A DNA stretch of 64,000 bases from positions 2,356,001-2,420,000 of the forward strand of contig NW_026889777.1 in NCBI RefSeq assembly GCF_033153115.1. The letters run 5' to 3'. A model generated the notes under the pieces. The model did not search any database. It was not told the origin of the DNA and worked only from the letters and a program-made list of their open reading frames with translations. The DNA is from Saccostrea echinata (lineage: Eukaryota). The position numbers and the translations under genes were made by a program. This document shows, in pieces, positions 1 through 33,488 of the stretch (positions are counted from its first letter, which is position 1; each line of letters opens with the position of its first letter).

Positions 1-213
1 GCAAGTCCCTAACTAGAAAAAGATCAAGCCTAGTCCTTTTTCACACCTATATTTATAGTTTAAACATATTTTATTAAAAAAAAATCAATAAAGACTGGGA
101 AACAGGCGAAGCCTATATACCGTAGAACTACATGTATCTGTGTATATCTGTATAATAGGTCTAGATAACAGAGTGGTCAACAGAGTGATTCTGTACTTGT
201 ACATGGTAATGAA

Positions 214-470
214 CAGTGGCGGATTTAAGGGGGGGGGGGGCGCACACGGGGTGCGCCCCCCTAAAATTGTCAAAGCGTAAATCATAGTTTCGTTCAGAAA
301 ATGTAAAAATTTCTACTTGGTAGACCTCATTTTTACCCTACAAAATCTCTAGAATCCAGGACCCCCACCAGTGCTTTGCCCTGGACTCACTGGGGGCCTC
401 ATGGCGGCCCCCAGACCCCCTGCCTACTTTTTGCGCCCCCCTCTAACTTCAAATCCTGGATCGGCGCCTG
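214..470. mobile_element. MITE with GC-rich imperfect TIRs and 5-bp target duplication
   Basis: Ends cagtggcggattta... / ...tcctggatcggcgcctg; ATGAA on both sides (209-213, 471-475); internal poly-G/poly-C. Confidence 0.75.
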
Positions 471-1101
471 ATGAAGTACCCTCGAGTGCCCAGTAGTCGG
501 TCTCTGAAAAGAGTATCTGTGCTGAGCACAATTTAAATGAAAACTGTGCTAATTTCAACTGATGTTTTAACTTACCCTGTTATTGTCTACTTTTCTTGTT
601 ATTCAAAATATTTTAAAGCGCTTTATTAAATTTTTTATCAAGGCACAAAGCAAGTGAGGTTTACACCGGCCATATTTGTTTTGGATCAGTAGTCGTGCAC
701 TACGATGTAGCAGCAAATATGGGGCCAAGAAAAATAAAAACAATATTAAAACAAATTCCTGTTTACTAAGATTCTATTATTCAATCATTTCGGAATTTAT
801 TTGATTTTCTCATGTTTGTGATTGGTTTTTCTAAAATAAGTCATAATTCTTTTTTCATTCCTTCTATACATGTATTCCAATGTAATTATTATGACTTACA
901 GTATAATTACTATACAGTTTTTATCAGGTCATCTTTTATAATGTTTGACCAAAGTAAACAATTGAAATACCAAATGATCATCACATATGACTAATTAGCC
1001 ATGTGTTCGTCATGTTCATAGGTGCTCTTCTGTCCGGTTAAAGTATATATTTAGAAGCTGTAAAAAGAGTATTAACAAAATGACAGTTTTATTGATGCCT
1101 A

Positions 1102-1907
1102 CAGTGCTCCAAGTTGCAACTAAAAAGGTCGCATTTGTGGCCAAAAAATTAATTTTGCGACTGGAAATTAAAACTAATCGCATTTTTGCAACTGAGAAAA
1201 TTTGGGCTGGCGATTGTCAATTTTTATGATCGGGATCGAGATTACTTTTTTCCCAAGATTCTCTATCAAGAAAATGTTTGAAGACATTCCTAAAACTTTG
1301 TTAAGCATCGCAAAGACTGAGATTACGTAATGATATGCCAGCATGCTGTACAGTCAACAGAACGGCTGTCAAAATGTCGTATTCTTTTTAAAACCCGATC
1401 TTGTTAATGGAGCATTTGGCCAAAATTCCTTGAATATCATCGTGTTTTGGCGATATGGACAACAACTGTTTAATATGTTAGGTTCATTAAATAAACATAA
1501 CGAACAGCTGACGAAGTCAGATCTCAATAGTTCAAACTTATGCACGCATCAGTCAAACTTGCTGCAATTTCATTTGAATTAATTTTAATTCTAGGATAAA
1601 ACACTTGTGTTCTTCATTGTACAACCATACTATTGGTTCCGTGAACTAATATTTCATAAGTGGTTTCTTCAGCCTAGCAAATTCTTAAGTCACAGTAATA
1701 AGTAATCTTTGATAAATTAAAAAAAAAAACATGATATGTACATAAATGAGTGTTGTTCCTTGCTTTTACTATATGCTTCATGTAAATGTGTTTTCACAAA
1801 ATATTTTCACCATGGTGAGTGAAATATTTGTTGATGGCGACCAGAAATCTGAAATGGCGACCAAAAAAAATTTTAGGTCGCCATTTAGCGACCTGTTAGG
1901 AAGTGTG
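1102..1907. mobile_element. Degenerate non-autonomous DNA element with GCGAC/GTCGC subterminal motifs
   Basis: Starts cagtgctccaagttgcaactaaaaaggtcgc; gcgac/gtcgc motifs cluster at both ends (1115-1210, 1836-1895); CpG-rich interior; target duplication unclear. Confidence 0.5.
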
Positions 1908-2897
1908 ACTATGTTTACTTCATTAATTTATAAATGTTTCCTCTGCATATTTAACTTTTTGTTATAGTGTAGGCACTTCATTCTCTTATCGTTGAAAAAT
2001 CAATCATTTATGACGTAATATCATAGCACGTGACTCACGTATGACAAAAACAAAATGATGCACGACTACTGGGCACACACGACTATAGGACCCTCGACCA
2101 TATACCTGGTAATTGGTGATAAAGATTCATAAATATGATTACTCATGAGTATAATGAAAAAAAGTATCACGATTATTTACCTACAATGGACCTGCTTACT
2201 GTCTGTTTGTTTGCTTTATGGATGAAATTCACTGAAAAATAATGCCCTTCCACTATATAAATAGAATATTTTTGCCTGATCAATTGACATGCAACAAATT
2301 CTTGTTTGGGACATATGAATAGATTTGTTGTTTAGACAAAAGACAGCTACATGTATGTGTATTGTTCTATTTATCATTCCTACATTCAGATAAAGTAATA
2401 TGTTGATGGTTACATGTACCTGTTAGGGCAAGCGCAGATGCGTATTGTTGGAAACCTATTCAGTTTTAACATAGATCCGCCTCTCCAAACTGCACAAGAC
2501 ATTTGTAATGTCTGTACTGTGACATAATATGATGTCATATGTTAGTTGCATGTTTACCATAACAAAGTCTGAAAAGTGCAAATTTTAACAAAGAACATAT
2601 AATCTACTATTTGTCTGCAATATCCATTAAATCAAGGTGAGTTTATTATTTGGTGAACGTTTGTTGTTACCATGAGAATGTAGTTAGCAGCTAGACGCAT
2701 TTACCTTGCATTGTGGGTCTTAACGTAACTGGAAAAAATTGACTTGGATCATTGTGCACAGTCCAAATTTTCTCTTCGCCCAAGCTTTTCTCTAATAGCT
2801 TGCAGTTTTTTTCATCGCTCCCTGTGCTCATTATTAAATGAAAGAAATCAACTGTTGTTTTTATTCTTCCAAATTTTTTTGTAGATATTTGTTCATT

Positions 2898-23118
<20,221 letters not shown>

Positions 23119-25156
23119 GTCATTTCAAAAACCAAGAAGAGGGTCATCTGGAATGTGGATGAAAGTAGTTCATTCCCTGTTCATATGATGTAAACTGAAT
23201 AGACTCGGTTTTCACCTCCAGTGAAACAATATGTATTTCATCTGATCCTGGAACAACAGTATCTGTTCAAAAATGTGAATGGCAGTAAAATCTAATTATT
23301 TTTTAAATGAATGGTTAACATATATTGAATGTGGACTGGTAATTTTTACTGTGGTTTGGTTACACCATGCCTTGTTATTGGACTTGAAGAAAATGTCTGA
23401 ACTGAAAATTTTTGATTTTCTGATATAGAATTATCTTTTTACGAACACTGTTTAACACATAAGTGGCGGGAGAGAGATTTCTTCACAGTTATGTATACAC
23501 CGTTTGAGTTGGTTTGAATTAATGTTGAACCTGTTAGTTTTGCTTGAAATGTGAATTTTTAAATTTTACAAAGTGGAGATATCATCTCCTAGCATTAACA
23601 CATTGATCAAAAGTTGAAGCCATTAATTGTAATCAAATTGAGCTTTCATGAAGTACAGTATATTTGTATTTATTCAGAATTAAATTTTTAACATTTTGTT
23701 ATGTCAAGGAAAAAAAATCCAAATTGTGCTTGGGTCCTTATTTTTCAAGGAAATCCAATCTGCATTTTTTTTTTCCAAATCTTGAAATGTGCCGAGGAGT
23801 GGAGAACACTATAAACTTTCTTATAATTTCAAGTAAATGTGTGTTAGCAAATTCTCTAGTTACTTTTGTTTATTTAGTATTCATCCAGTGTCCATAGTAC
23901 AAATTTTTTGAATGCTTTTCTCTTTGATGTTTGTACACCTTAAGATCTGACAAAACTTAAAATATCCTCAGAAATTTAATTAACAGGAAAGTAATGGTGT
24001 TCTTAGTGATCACATGGTTAATAAATTGAAAATTGACATTTTTTATTTTCACAAAATTTTTAATTTTTAGATGGAATCACTTATTTACTGTCAGATGAAG
24101 TCTTACTTCATAAGTATTGAAATCATACAAAAATCTACAACAGTTATGAAGTTTATAAAATCATGAATTTGACTGCATCTTTTAGTACTGATTCAGCACT
24201 TTGCTGGTACACTAAAGACAATTTTTTTTAAACAAAATTTTGAACTTATAAGTCCTTACTACAGGAGAAACAGTAAGTACTAATTCCTTTTCAAATCTTT
24301 CACTAATTTGAAAATGAATTGGAACTCTTTTGTATTAAGTCTCAGTATCCTTTTTCACAAAAATTCTTACAACTAATATTAAAATTTGACAAGTCTGAAA
24401 TTGCTTTCTAATAAAGACAATTATTATTTCTGAAGAATAATTCACAGAATATTGTAATGTAATAGAAATATAAGATTTTTTGTAATCTTCAACAATTAAG
24501 GAACGTATAGAAGAATTGGAAAATTTTAATCTTTAATAGTCGTAAGATTTTTTGTGAAAGGGGCTACTGGATTTGATATACCCGGTACATGTAATAAACC
24601 CAACTTTTTGCAAATTTGATTTAAAAATAAAGTTTAAAAATTACTACATGATATATTTTGGTTTTATTTCAGCAGTAATTTTTTGTATCTTTTTTGGATA
24701 TGAGAGTCACTGAATAAATATATTCGAGAACTAGTTTCTTTTGCAAAAAAAATTTTTGATTTATTGAAATTCAAATTTTGGCAACCATATTTTAATGAAC
24801 TAGGTGTGAGTGAGAGATTATTTTATTAGATGATATGCAGCTTATTAATGAAGGAAGTTTATTTGAGAGAAATGCATTTCAATCTTTCAAATAAATGCAG
24901 TATTATAAAACATAAAGCTTTTTGTCTATGATTGACTAATTTGTACATGTCAGTTATGAAACTGCATGTGTCCTTGCAAGAGTGAAGAAACATTTCACAG
25001 AGTATTTTTACTTGTGACTTCATAATGATATCGACGGTGAACTTTGGCATGTGACTTTCAATCAAGATCTTGGGGATTGCCTAAAAAGAATAACAGCAAT
25101 GTTGAATGAAATTCCATGTAATTCTCAGTTGTGACCTTTAAATTACTGCATTTACA

Positions 25157-25365
25157 GTAAGTTAAACCCATCTCTGAGCCTTGAGATTCATAGGGCAAGC
25201 ACTTATTCCCGGTTTCTCTGGTATTAGCAGATGACTAAATGGGAGTCATTGATTCCCCCTTGATGGGACACCACTTCCATCATAGGTTAAATTTCCAGCA
25301 TATAAGCTGGTACCAATTTCAGCTTGATGGATTTAGACAATGTAGATAACATGCCAACGGTGGAG
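25157..25365 (-). mobile_element. Degenerate CORE-SINE-like fragment
   Basis: cttattcccggtttct...cccccttgatgggacac...ccatcatagg...ggtaccaatttcagc resembles the antisense of invertebrate CORE-domain SINEs; recognised from memory, not by search. Confidence 0.45.
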
Positions 25366-25636
25366 TCTGAGCTAATGCCTTTGTGTTACAGAATCTTTAT
25401 GACATTTTTTTTGGTTTTTTTTTGCTATATCTTTAACAGTCTGGGCGATTTCCAAATATGGAAGTCAAGAACGATAACTGAAAGTTGCTATAAATATACA
25501 TCAACGTAAATATTTTCTGCAAAATCAGACAACAGCATTTTTACACACCCAAAACATATTTCAGAGGAACAAATGCAAATTAGCTCATTCCAACATCTCA
25601 ACGATCTGTTCAACATCAATTTTTTTTATTACCCAA

Positions 25637-25710
25637 TATAGTAGATATCTTTTTATTTACAAATAAATCTCGCGCCATTTTTATTTGTAAATAAAAAGAT
25701 ATCTGCTATA
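25637..25710. repeat. Near-perfect hairpin (31-bp arms)
   Basis: tatagtagatatctttttatttacaaataaa / tttatttgtaaataaaaagatatctgctata. Confidence 0.85.
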
Positions 25711-26523
25711 CTTTAAACATAACATAGTAGATAGAATTATATTTTATTTATAAATTGAGTTGGGGAATGCCTTATGATGATATTAGCGTCGTAAGATGTT
25801 ATTGATTTTTTAGATAGAATATGATTTATAAAGTAAAAATAAACATATTATGCATAAAATTTATTTGAATTGACCAAATAAACCTTGAGTTCTCTAGGGT
25901 TCTCTGTTTAGACAGTCGACATAATCTGCTAAAATTCATACAATATCATTTTATACACATAATTTAAATGAGAAAGCAACTTGAAGATACGATAAATGTA
26001 TTTTTTTTTTATTTGCTAAACAATATACCTCCACTTTACACAGAAAATCTGAACAATAATGATTACAAAGTATTGTAAACAATATTTATAATCGGGCTCG
26101 TTCTTTCAATAACTTTACTTTCACTTTAAGAGTTTTCCGTGGTGAGTAAGTTACCAAGTGTTTGGTACATGCTGTAACCTCGGTCACGGTGCGTATAATT
26201 CATGCAATTTGCAGAGTAGTAGGAGGGAAGTTGTTAAACAGTTTACCATGGTAATCTCCTCTTTTTTTAAGTTGAAAAAAATGCTGCCAAATTCCAGCTA
26301 CAATATAAATGAGCTGGAGTTACCTCTCCTTATATGATATGAAAAAAAATCCCCCTCTTTTTTCATAACTGCCGATCTATAGCTCATTGATTTGAACAAA
26401 AAAAATCTATAACAAGTTGCATGTAAGAGTTAAAAAGTAAAGTTGACATTCGAAGAAAGTATAATCTTTTGGTATTGTATAAGTTGAGACCACTTACAAA
26501 AAGTGGAATATAATCAGATAATA

Positions 26524-26603
26524 TTCTCTTTAGAGAAGTGGACAGGCTTTCGCCTATACATCCATGGATGTAGGCAAAAGCCTGTCCACTTCTCTAAAGA
26601 GAA
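26524..26603. repeat. Near-perfect 80-bp palindrome
   Basis: ttctctttagagaagtggacaggcttt...aaagcctgtccacttctctaaagagaa centred on catccatggatg. Confidence 0.9.
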
Positions 26604-26665
26604 CTTACCAACAAAAATTTGACCTCATGACCTTGACTTGGTTGTATATTCATTTGCCTTAAAAT

Positions 26666-27360
26666 GGGTTTGCCCTTGACCCCGTTCACTCTATATCTTG
26701 TTCGCCCAAAGTCCATTTGTTCTTTCTATGTAGTCGGTTAAACTTTCGTTATTTCATTTGATTTGATTGAATTTCATGAATTTCTCTATTTAGATTACAA
26801 TTTGTAATATCCCCAATACTTGAATTTTCAGTATAGATGAAGAAATAAAAAGAAACTCTTAAGTAATCGATGTGATACACGTTAATTTATTAGTAATGTT
26901 TTATAACATTATATTAAGTTTAGAATTAAAAGATAAGTAATAAACCTGTTGCTCCGACGCAGCTTGTCCCCAATTTAAAATGGCCTATCAACATGATTAA
27001 TGTCACTCTCAATTTCCTTTATTATTTTCAAAACATACATTTAATACGAATCTTAAATAACAAAACAAAACAATTAATGAAAGTATTCCCTAATTTACCG
27101 TACTTATGTAATAAATTAACAGCAATTAAACTGATTACATTGATAAACATTGAAATCGGAAATAAAGTCAATACTGATGGAAAGGAAATTTATATATTAT
27201 ATATTTTACTTAATTCTATTTAATAAAAAAATCAACAATAATGATGACATAATTAAAATATCACCAATAGGGCGAACAGGATATATAGCGAACGGGATGC
27301 AGGGCGAACGAGATTTATACATGCGAACAGGTAGATAGGGCGAACGGACTCAATACCCCT
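26666..27360. mobile_element. Degenerate TIR element with ggcgaac subterminal repeats
   Basis: Five gcgaac units at 27270-27350 and inverted gttcgccc-like units at 26666-26715. Confidence 0.5.
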
Positions 27361-28899
27361 TGCCTTGGAGTTTGACTTAACTTTGGCCATAACCTGTGAA
27401 TAGTTGGTGCTAGCTAGTTCTTTCTTATTTAATAAATGTATTTCTTGTAACAAAACCTTTCATTGGGTACAGATACATGTAACAAACATTTTTTATCTCC
27501 TGCCCTACATGTATGGGGCATCAGTACTAGTGTTTCACAAACACATCTTTTAATTGTCCCCATTTTTTAAACTGTAAATTTATATCATAACCCAACAGGC
27601 TTTTATATCCCATTTGGGTGAGTAGTGCCTGGAGTCTAATAAATGTATTATATAATGCCAGACTGTGGATATCAGGCTGGTTTGTTCAATATCATTGTAA
27701 AAAGGTTCCTGGTATTTTGTTCGATTCCCAGTCCAGCCATTTTCTTATTTCCTGTTGCATTTGGTGCTAGCTGAGTAGCTCTTGACAATCCCTGGACTTT
27801 CAGGTGAAAACATGCCAATGGCCAAAAGATCTGAGTTTGTGTCTTTGAGAGCAAAAAAATTTACCTTTTCCTCAAAGTAGTTTTGCTTTGAAGACATTTC
27901 CATCATCAATTTTATAAATCAACGTGTTTTTTTTTTGCACTAGATTCACAGATTGAATAATAAAAATGCAAGTAAACACAATGTTGAAGAATCAAAATCT
28001 AAATGAAAGTAGAAAAACAATACTTATTAATAATTAAGGTAAGCTGATATGAATAGTAACATTGTCTGTCTGTTACCAGCATGTCCACCTCTTAGAATCT
28101 TGGCTATGACTGTTAACAAGTCAAAACTTCAACTTGCTGCAGAATCGTTTGATTGGTTGAGAAGTAATACCCATTTGCACATGTAAATTAGTCAGGTCAT
28201 TAGAGAGGTCGTGTCACAAGTCATTTAGAATAATCATATCCTATTGTATGAGAGGTGCGTGTCGGGCCAAGGCTTAAATTGAACTATTGCTGTCACCTTA
28301 AGCCCTGTATCTCTCATATGGTAGAAAACTCATAAACTAACTCTCAAATATTATGTACATGTTGGGTGAGAACGGGAACAGTATGATATTTTCTGCTGAA
28401 CTTGACATATATTTTCTGAAAATTAAGAAAATAAGGTTTTTGTAAAGCTAGACACAAGAAGTTCTTGCGTCATTATAATATTGATTAATAAAGTATTTGC
28501 TACATTGTAAATTACACTGTGCAATTGAAGAAAACATCTTTCGACAAGCTAAGTTTATAAAGTTAGAAGTTTAAGGGTCAGTTAAGACAACCAAATATCA
28601 TGCTTTGTTCTTTTAGATTTTAAAGACCAGATGATAATTAATTTATCCCATTTGTTTCAGGCTTGAGAGATACTGCTCTGCAGTAATTTTAGCATATAAA
28701 TCAAAACAAGAAAATATCTAACCAGAAGAAAATTTGAAGGTACATCTATCCTGTCAAGTCTTAAAGTAGTTGAAAATAGAAATCTGGGGAATTGTTAAAA
28801 TAAATGTCAGTTTGTTTATAATCATTGGTTTTAATATCCTACACATGTAGCAATAATTTTTTTATAGACATATTTTAGCTGCATTAAATGAAAAAAAAT

Positions 28900-28902
<3 letters not shown>

Positions 28903-28940
<38 letters not shown>
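28903..28940. repeat. (GA)n microsatellite
   Basis: About 18-19 AG units. Confidence 0.97.
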
Positions 28941-28943
<3 letters not shown>

Positions 28944-30593
28944 CAGCTGTTGCAGCCAGCTTCATCATCTTGATTATTCATTAACTCTCAGAATTCCTAT
29001 AGCCATCAGGGTTTCTTTTATGAGTGAGAATTCACTTTGCATGCTGTGTTGTACTTCTTCTGCATGGCTTCTCATTCTTAATCTGTTGATAGGAACTGTG
29101 AGAGAATAAAATGTCTAAAAAGATTACTTGTCACAGGAAGTTGTCGGAATTGATGGATTGGGGGAGAAGAGGAGTCCAGTAGTCCATGTCTGAAAATTAC
29201 AGACCTTAAATTACAGAGAATTAAAACACTCATGAATGTGTGTAATACTCTGTGAAAAAAGTAAAAATGTATGGACAAGAAAAGCTTTCCTATAGCTATA
29301 AGCATGTTTTGCTTGAATTTATGAAATAAATTTATGTGAATAATGTGAAAATGTTATTTCTATTTTAGATTTTTTTTTTCACATATTATCAGTTTACATT
29401 CTATGTGTATTTAACCTTAAATTATTACTTTATTTTACATATGTATTTATCTTTACAGAATATGCACTTTGGAAGTGAAAGAGAACTAAATGTGACAATG
29501 TAAGATATGACACATAACAATATTGCTGCCCTGTAGGAAGGAACTAGCAGGTAAATAATTTCTAAATAGGACCAATGGTTACCATGGTTACAATGTAAAC
29601 TTCTCTGTAGTGAGATTTTTTATTACATTTTCAACAGTGAAATACTGTAATTTATTATATGAAATTAATTAAAAGTTGATATTATCAATATTAGCATAGG
29701 GATCACTCTCTAATGTTATGCATTGAATGAGGAGATTCTTGTTTCAGAATGATACTGAACCTGCATCGGTTATCTGTCTTCATGCCTCATGAGAACTTAG
29801 TTCTTTAATTAATAGTCACAAATTTTCATCTATTTACAATATGTTCAACATTTTTAATCTTAGAGCTTTACCATGTAATGAATTCTTACTTCGATTTGTA
29901 ATTTATGAATCTTTTCACTCAGATTAATATACATGTAGTTTCCAAGGTTAAACACTTCTGTCATATTTGTTGACTTTTGTTAACCTGAAAGGTATATATA
30001 CCTCAATCTTTTTTGCTTCAGCTCTTTCAAATCAAATCTATAAGGCAGAGTTGACTCAAAGCATCTTTTGAGCCTTGAGTGTGCAAGAAAATTAGAATAG
30101 GGCAAAAAAAATGACATGACAATATTACAAAAAAAAGAAGGAAAAAAAAGAATTATATGCATTAATTTGGATTTTCTGACTCAATCTACAGCTATTATGT
30201 TGGTGCTCATTAGAGTGTTTATACACGTTATATGACTGTTTTCCCCTTGTTCCTCCATCACAGACACATAATTCAGCCATTACAGGTAGTTACCAGTCTT
30301 TTGTCCCTACCAAACTCGGCTTTTATCTCTCGTTGATCGCTAAGCTCCAATCACAGGCAGGAAGCTGATAATTACCTGAAGTCGGATATCACATCATTAG
30401 AAGGACATGCAATTCTCGAGAAACATTAAGAAAAAAAAGGCCTGTCTGATAATCTGCAGTCAATAAAAAATTAATAATGTGGGAGAATGAAATACTTAAT
30501 AAATTCTATGATTTAATTCATTCATAATTGAAAAGTACATTTAGTTTGACAGTTTTAACCTCAAGATATTCATTAACTTTATAAGTACATGCA

Positions 30594-31419
30594 TTTTATT
30601 AGCTCACCTAAACCAAAAGATCAATTATCAGTTTTGCTTTTCTGATTGAAATTTGTCCATTGCCTGTTGTCTTTGTTGTTGTTATTGTAAACATTTCACA
30701 TATTCATCTTCTTCTCCAGAACCATTGGTCCAATTTGAACCAAACCTAGCACAGAGTATCTCTTGGTAAAGGAGATTCAAATTTTTCCAAATGAAGTGCC
30801 ACGCCATCTTCCAAGAGGAGATAATAAAGAAATAGTGAAAATTGCATGGGGTCATTTAAAAATCTTCTCAAGAACCTCTGGGCCAGAAAAGATGAAACTT
30901 TAGTGAAAGGTTTCTCAGGAAGGGTATATATCAAGTATGTTCAAATCATGACACCCAGGGGTACCATATGACCACTATGGGTGATCAAAGTTTTACATAG
31001 GAATACAAAGGAAAAATCTTCAAAATTCTTCTTCTCAAGAACAGCAAAGTCTTGATTAGTCATATTTATATGGAAGCATCCTCAGGTAGTGTAGATTCAT
31101 TTTTCTTCAAATCATGCCCCCAAGAGGTAGGGTAGGGCCATGAAGGGCAATCAAAATTTTAGATACACATAGAAATATATAGTAAAAATCATCTTCTAGG
31201 GAACAGCAAAGTCATGATACATGTAAGTCATATTTATATGGAAGCATCCTCGGGTAGTGTAGATTCAAGTTTGTGCAAATCATGATGCCCCAGGGTAGGA
31301 TTGGGCCACAATATTTTATTTTAAATGTACAAAAGAAGATGTAGGGGAAAACCCTACTGATAAAGAACAGAAGGACCATAGTAACTCAGGTGAGTGTTGT
31401 GGCCCATGGGCCTTTTGTT
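30594..31419 (+). mobile_element. Older, diverged HINE with about 3 Cg170-like satellite units
   Basis: ttttattagctcacct ... ctcaggtgagtgttgtggcccatgggccttttgtt; same family as 36586-38236. Confidence 0.85.
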
Positions 31420-32951
31420 CGTATATGTATACGTGAGGACAGAGGACATAATCTTTTTATAACATATATTAAGAGTTATTTCCCTTATATTCTGCAAAAT
31501 TGTTGCCTGTTACATGTATACTTATGTAAGCAGTCCCCCAAATGATAAGAGATATAAAGACAATGGATATATTGATCAGTTGCTCAATAATTAATTAGTT
31601 TAATAAAATATGAATATCATTGCAGTGAAAGATTTAAGGCTATTTATAGTAACACTTGCTACGAACAAAAAAATTGATGCATGGATTGTATATAATTTTC
31701 AATTTAATTTTGGTTGTAAATGAATCAAATACCAAATTCCTTAAATGTGAAGAAATTGTAAATTTTCTATGCAAATATTATATGTATTCCTAATTCTCAC
31801 TTTTCGTCATTCCCCTTATAACTGTACATGTATATACATTAAATTTTATTTTTTTAAGAATCGCTGTATATTAGGACACTATATGCTGAGAAATCTTGAA
31901 TAAAAATTAAACCTTACAAAGTTAAACTTACTTTTTTATTTATACATAAATATAGGTAGATCTGGACAGGTATATATTTTCAATATTTTTGAAAAAAAAG
32001 TTTGTAGCAAGTGGCCTTATAAGGAAATAAAACACTCTAAAGGCATGCTCTTATAAAAGACTATTGGAAGGAAAAGCACTGATGTTTAAAATTTGCTATG
32101 GAATTTTTATAGGAAATTGTAAAGCCATAACTCTGTCTAATGAAACAGCAGATGATTTGAGAAAACTTCAATCAATAGAAACATACGACTGAGAAGTGTA
32201 ATAAAACCCTCTAATTACGGATTTATTGCAGATTTACTTTAGAAGCTTGTCACTGTTGCGATTCCGCTGCAGGAATTATGAAATTCCCTAATGAACGGGA
32301 TGTACAAGCATTCTGGGAATGGAGGGGATTTTGAACATTAAAAAGATTGAGTATCAGCATGATCAGGCTTTTACAGATAGATGTTTTCAGCTGAAACGAA
32401 TAATGGATAAAGTAAGGGGTCATGCATGCATTGTCAGTATTTCTCAAGACTTTACCTAAGATTTTTTTTACCCTTCGTTAATATTAAAAGAAGTAAATTA
32501 GCTTACATGCAATGGAATCTCTCAGATTTTTATGCATTTTCAAGGTACATGTCAATTTCTTAAGTTGTTGTCACTCAAAGACAGCTCAACAGAAGGGCCT
32601 AAGAAGAGAAGAAACGGAAAGTGAAAATGTTAATAAGCCCCACAGGATTAACTTATGAATAGAAAGTTTTCATTTAATATCTCATGTAACATGTATTGGG
32701 TTGGGAGTGTGTGTTTGTTGAAAGGGGGTGGGGGGTGGGGAAGGGAGATACTGATGCACTGTTAACTTATAAAATTTGAAATTTTTCGGTAAAATTGAAA
32801 ATTGAATGCTTGACAATTCTTCATTTCCTGCAATGAAATATTTTAATTAATATTAACCCTGCACACATTGTTAAACGAATATTAGAAAAACCTCAAATGT
32901 GACATTTTTTCAGATTTTGCAATTGTATATAATATATTAATTACAGTAATT

Positions 32952-33113
32952 NNNNNNNNNNNNNNNNNNNNNNNNNNNNNNNNNNNNNNNNNNNNNNNNN
33001 NNNNNNNNNNNNNNNNNNNNNNNNNNNNNNNNNNNNNNNNNNNNNNNNNNNNNNNNNNNNNNNNNNNNNNNNNNNNNNNNNNNNNNNNNNNNNNNNNNNN
33101 NNNNNNNNNNNNN
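32952..33113. other. Assembly gap (162 N)
   Basis: Run of n. Confidence 1.
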
Positions 33114-33339
33114 CTTATATAACACTATTGAAAGCAACGCGTATCTGTATCCATATAAACACAGGTTCCTCGCATCATAAACGTTCGACGTAATTTCAAA
33201 GTGACGTCATAAAGGGTTGACGCTCAAACAATGGATCAAATACGTGCCGTTGAGTTTGAAAAATAAAACATTTCACGAGTTAAAGATTATAATCAGGAAA
33301 ACATAAAATATGAATAAGTCATAAATGTAAATATAAGTA

Positions 33340-33488
33340 ATAAGGTATCATTTTTAAACATCTATTGGATATAAATACGGGTTGGTACGAGATCAAATTT
33401 ACCATAAAGCCCTTCGGGCTTTAAGGAATTTGATCTCGTGACCAACCCGTATTTATATCCCGATAGATGTTTAAAAATGATACCTTAT
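33340..33488. repeat. 149-bp palindromic element with C(TTCG)G loop
   Basis: ataaggtatcatttttaaacatctat...aaagccc TTCG ggcttt...atagatgtttaaaaatgataccttat. Confidence 0.9.

Noticed and set aside
2838-2897. Upstream in-frame ATG at 2838
   Set aside because: Lies in intron-like sequence before the acceptor at 2883-2884; DDX42 similarity begins at ATG 2898.
27672-27854. 60-aa minus-strand ORF with protein-like composition
   Set aside because: No recognisable domain, no partner exons, and splice signals unconvincing.
32937-33137. 66-aa ORF
   Set aside because: Spans the N gap.
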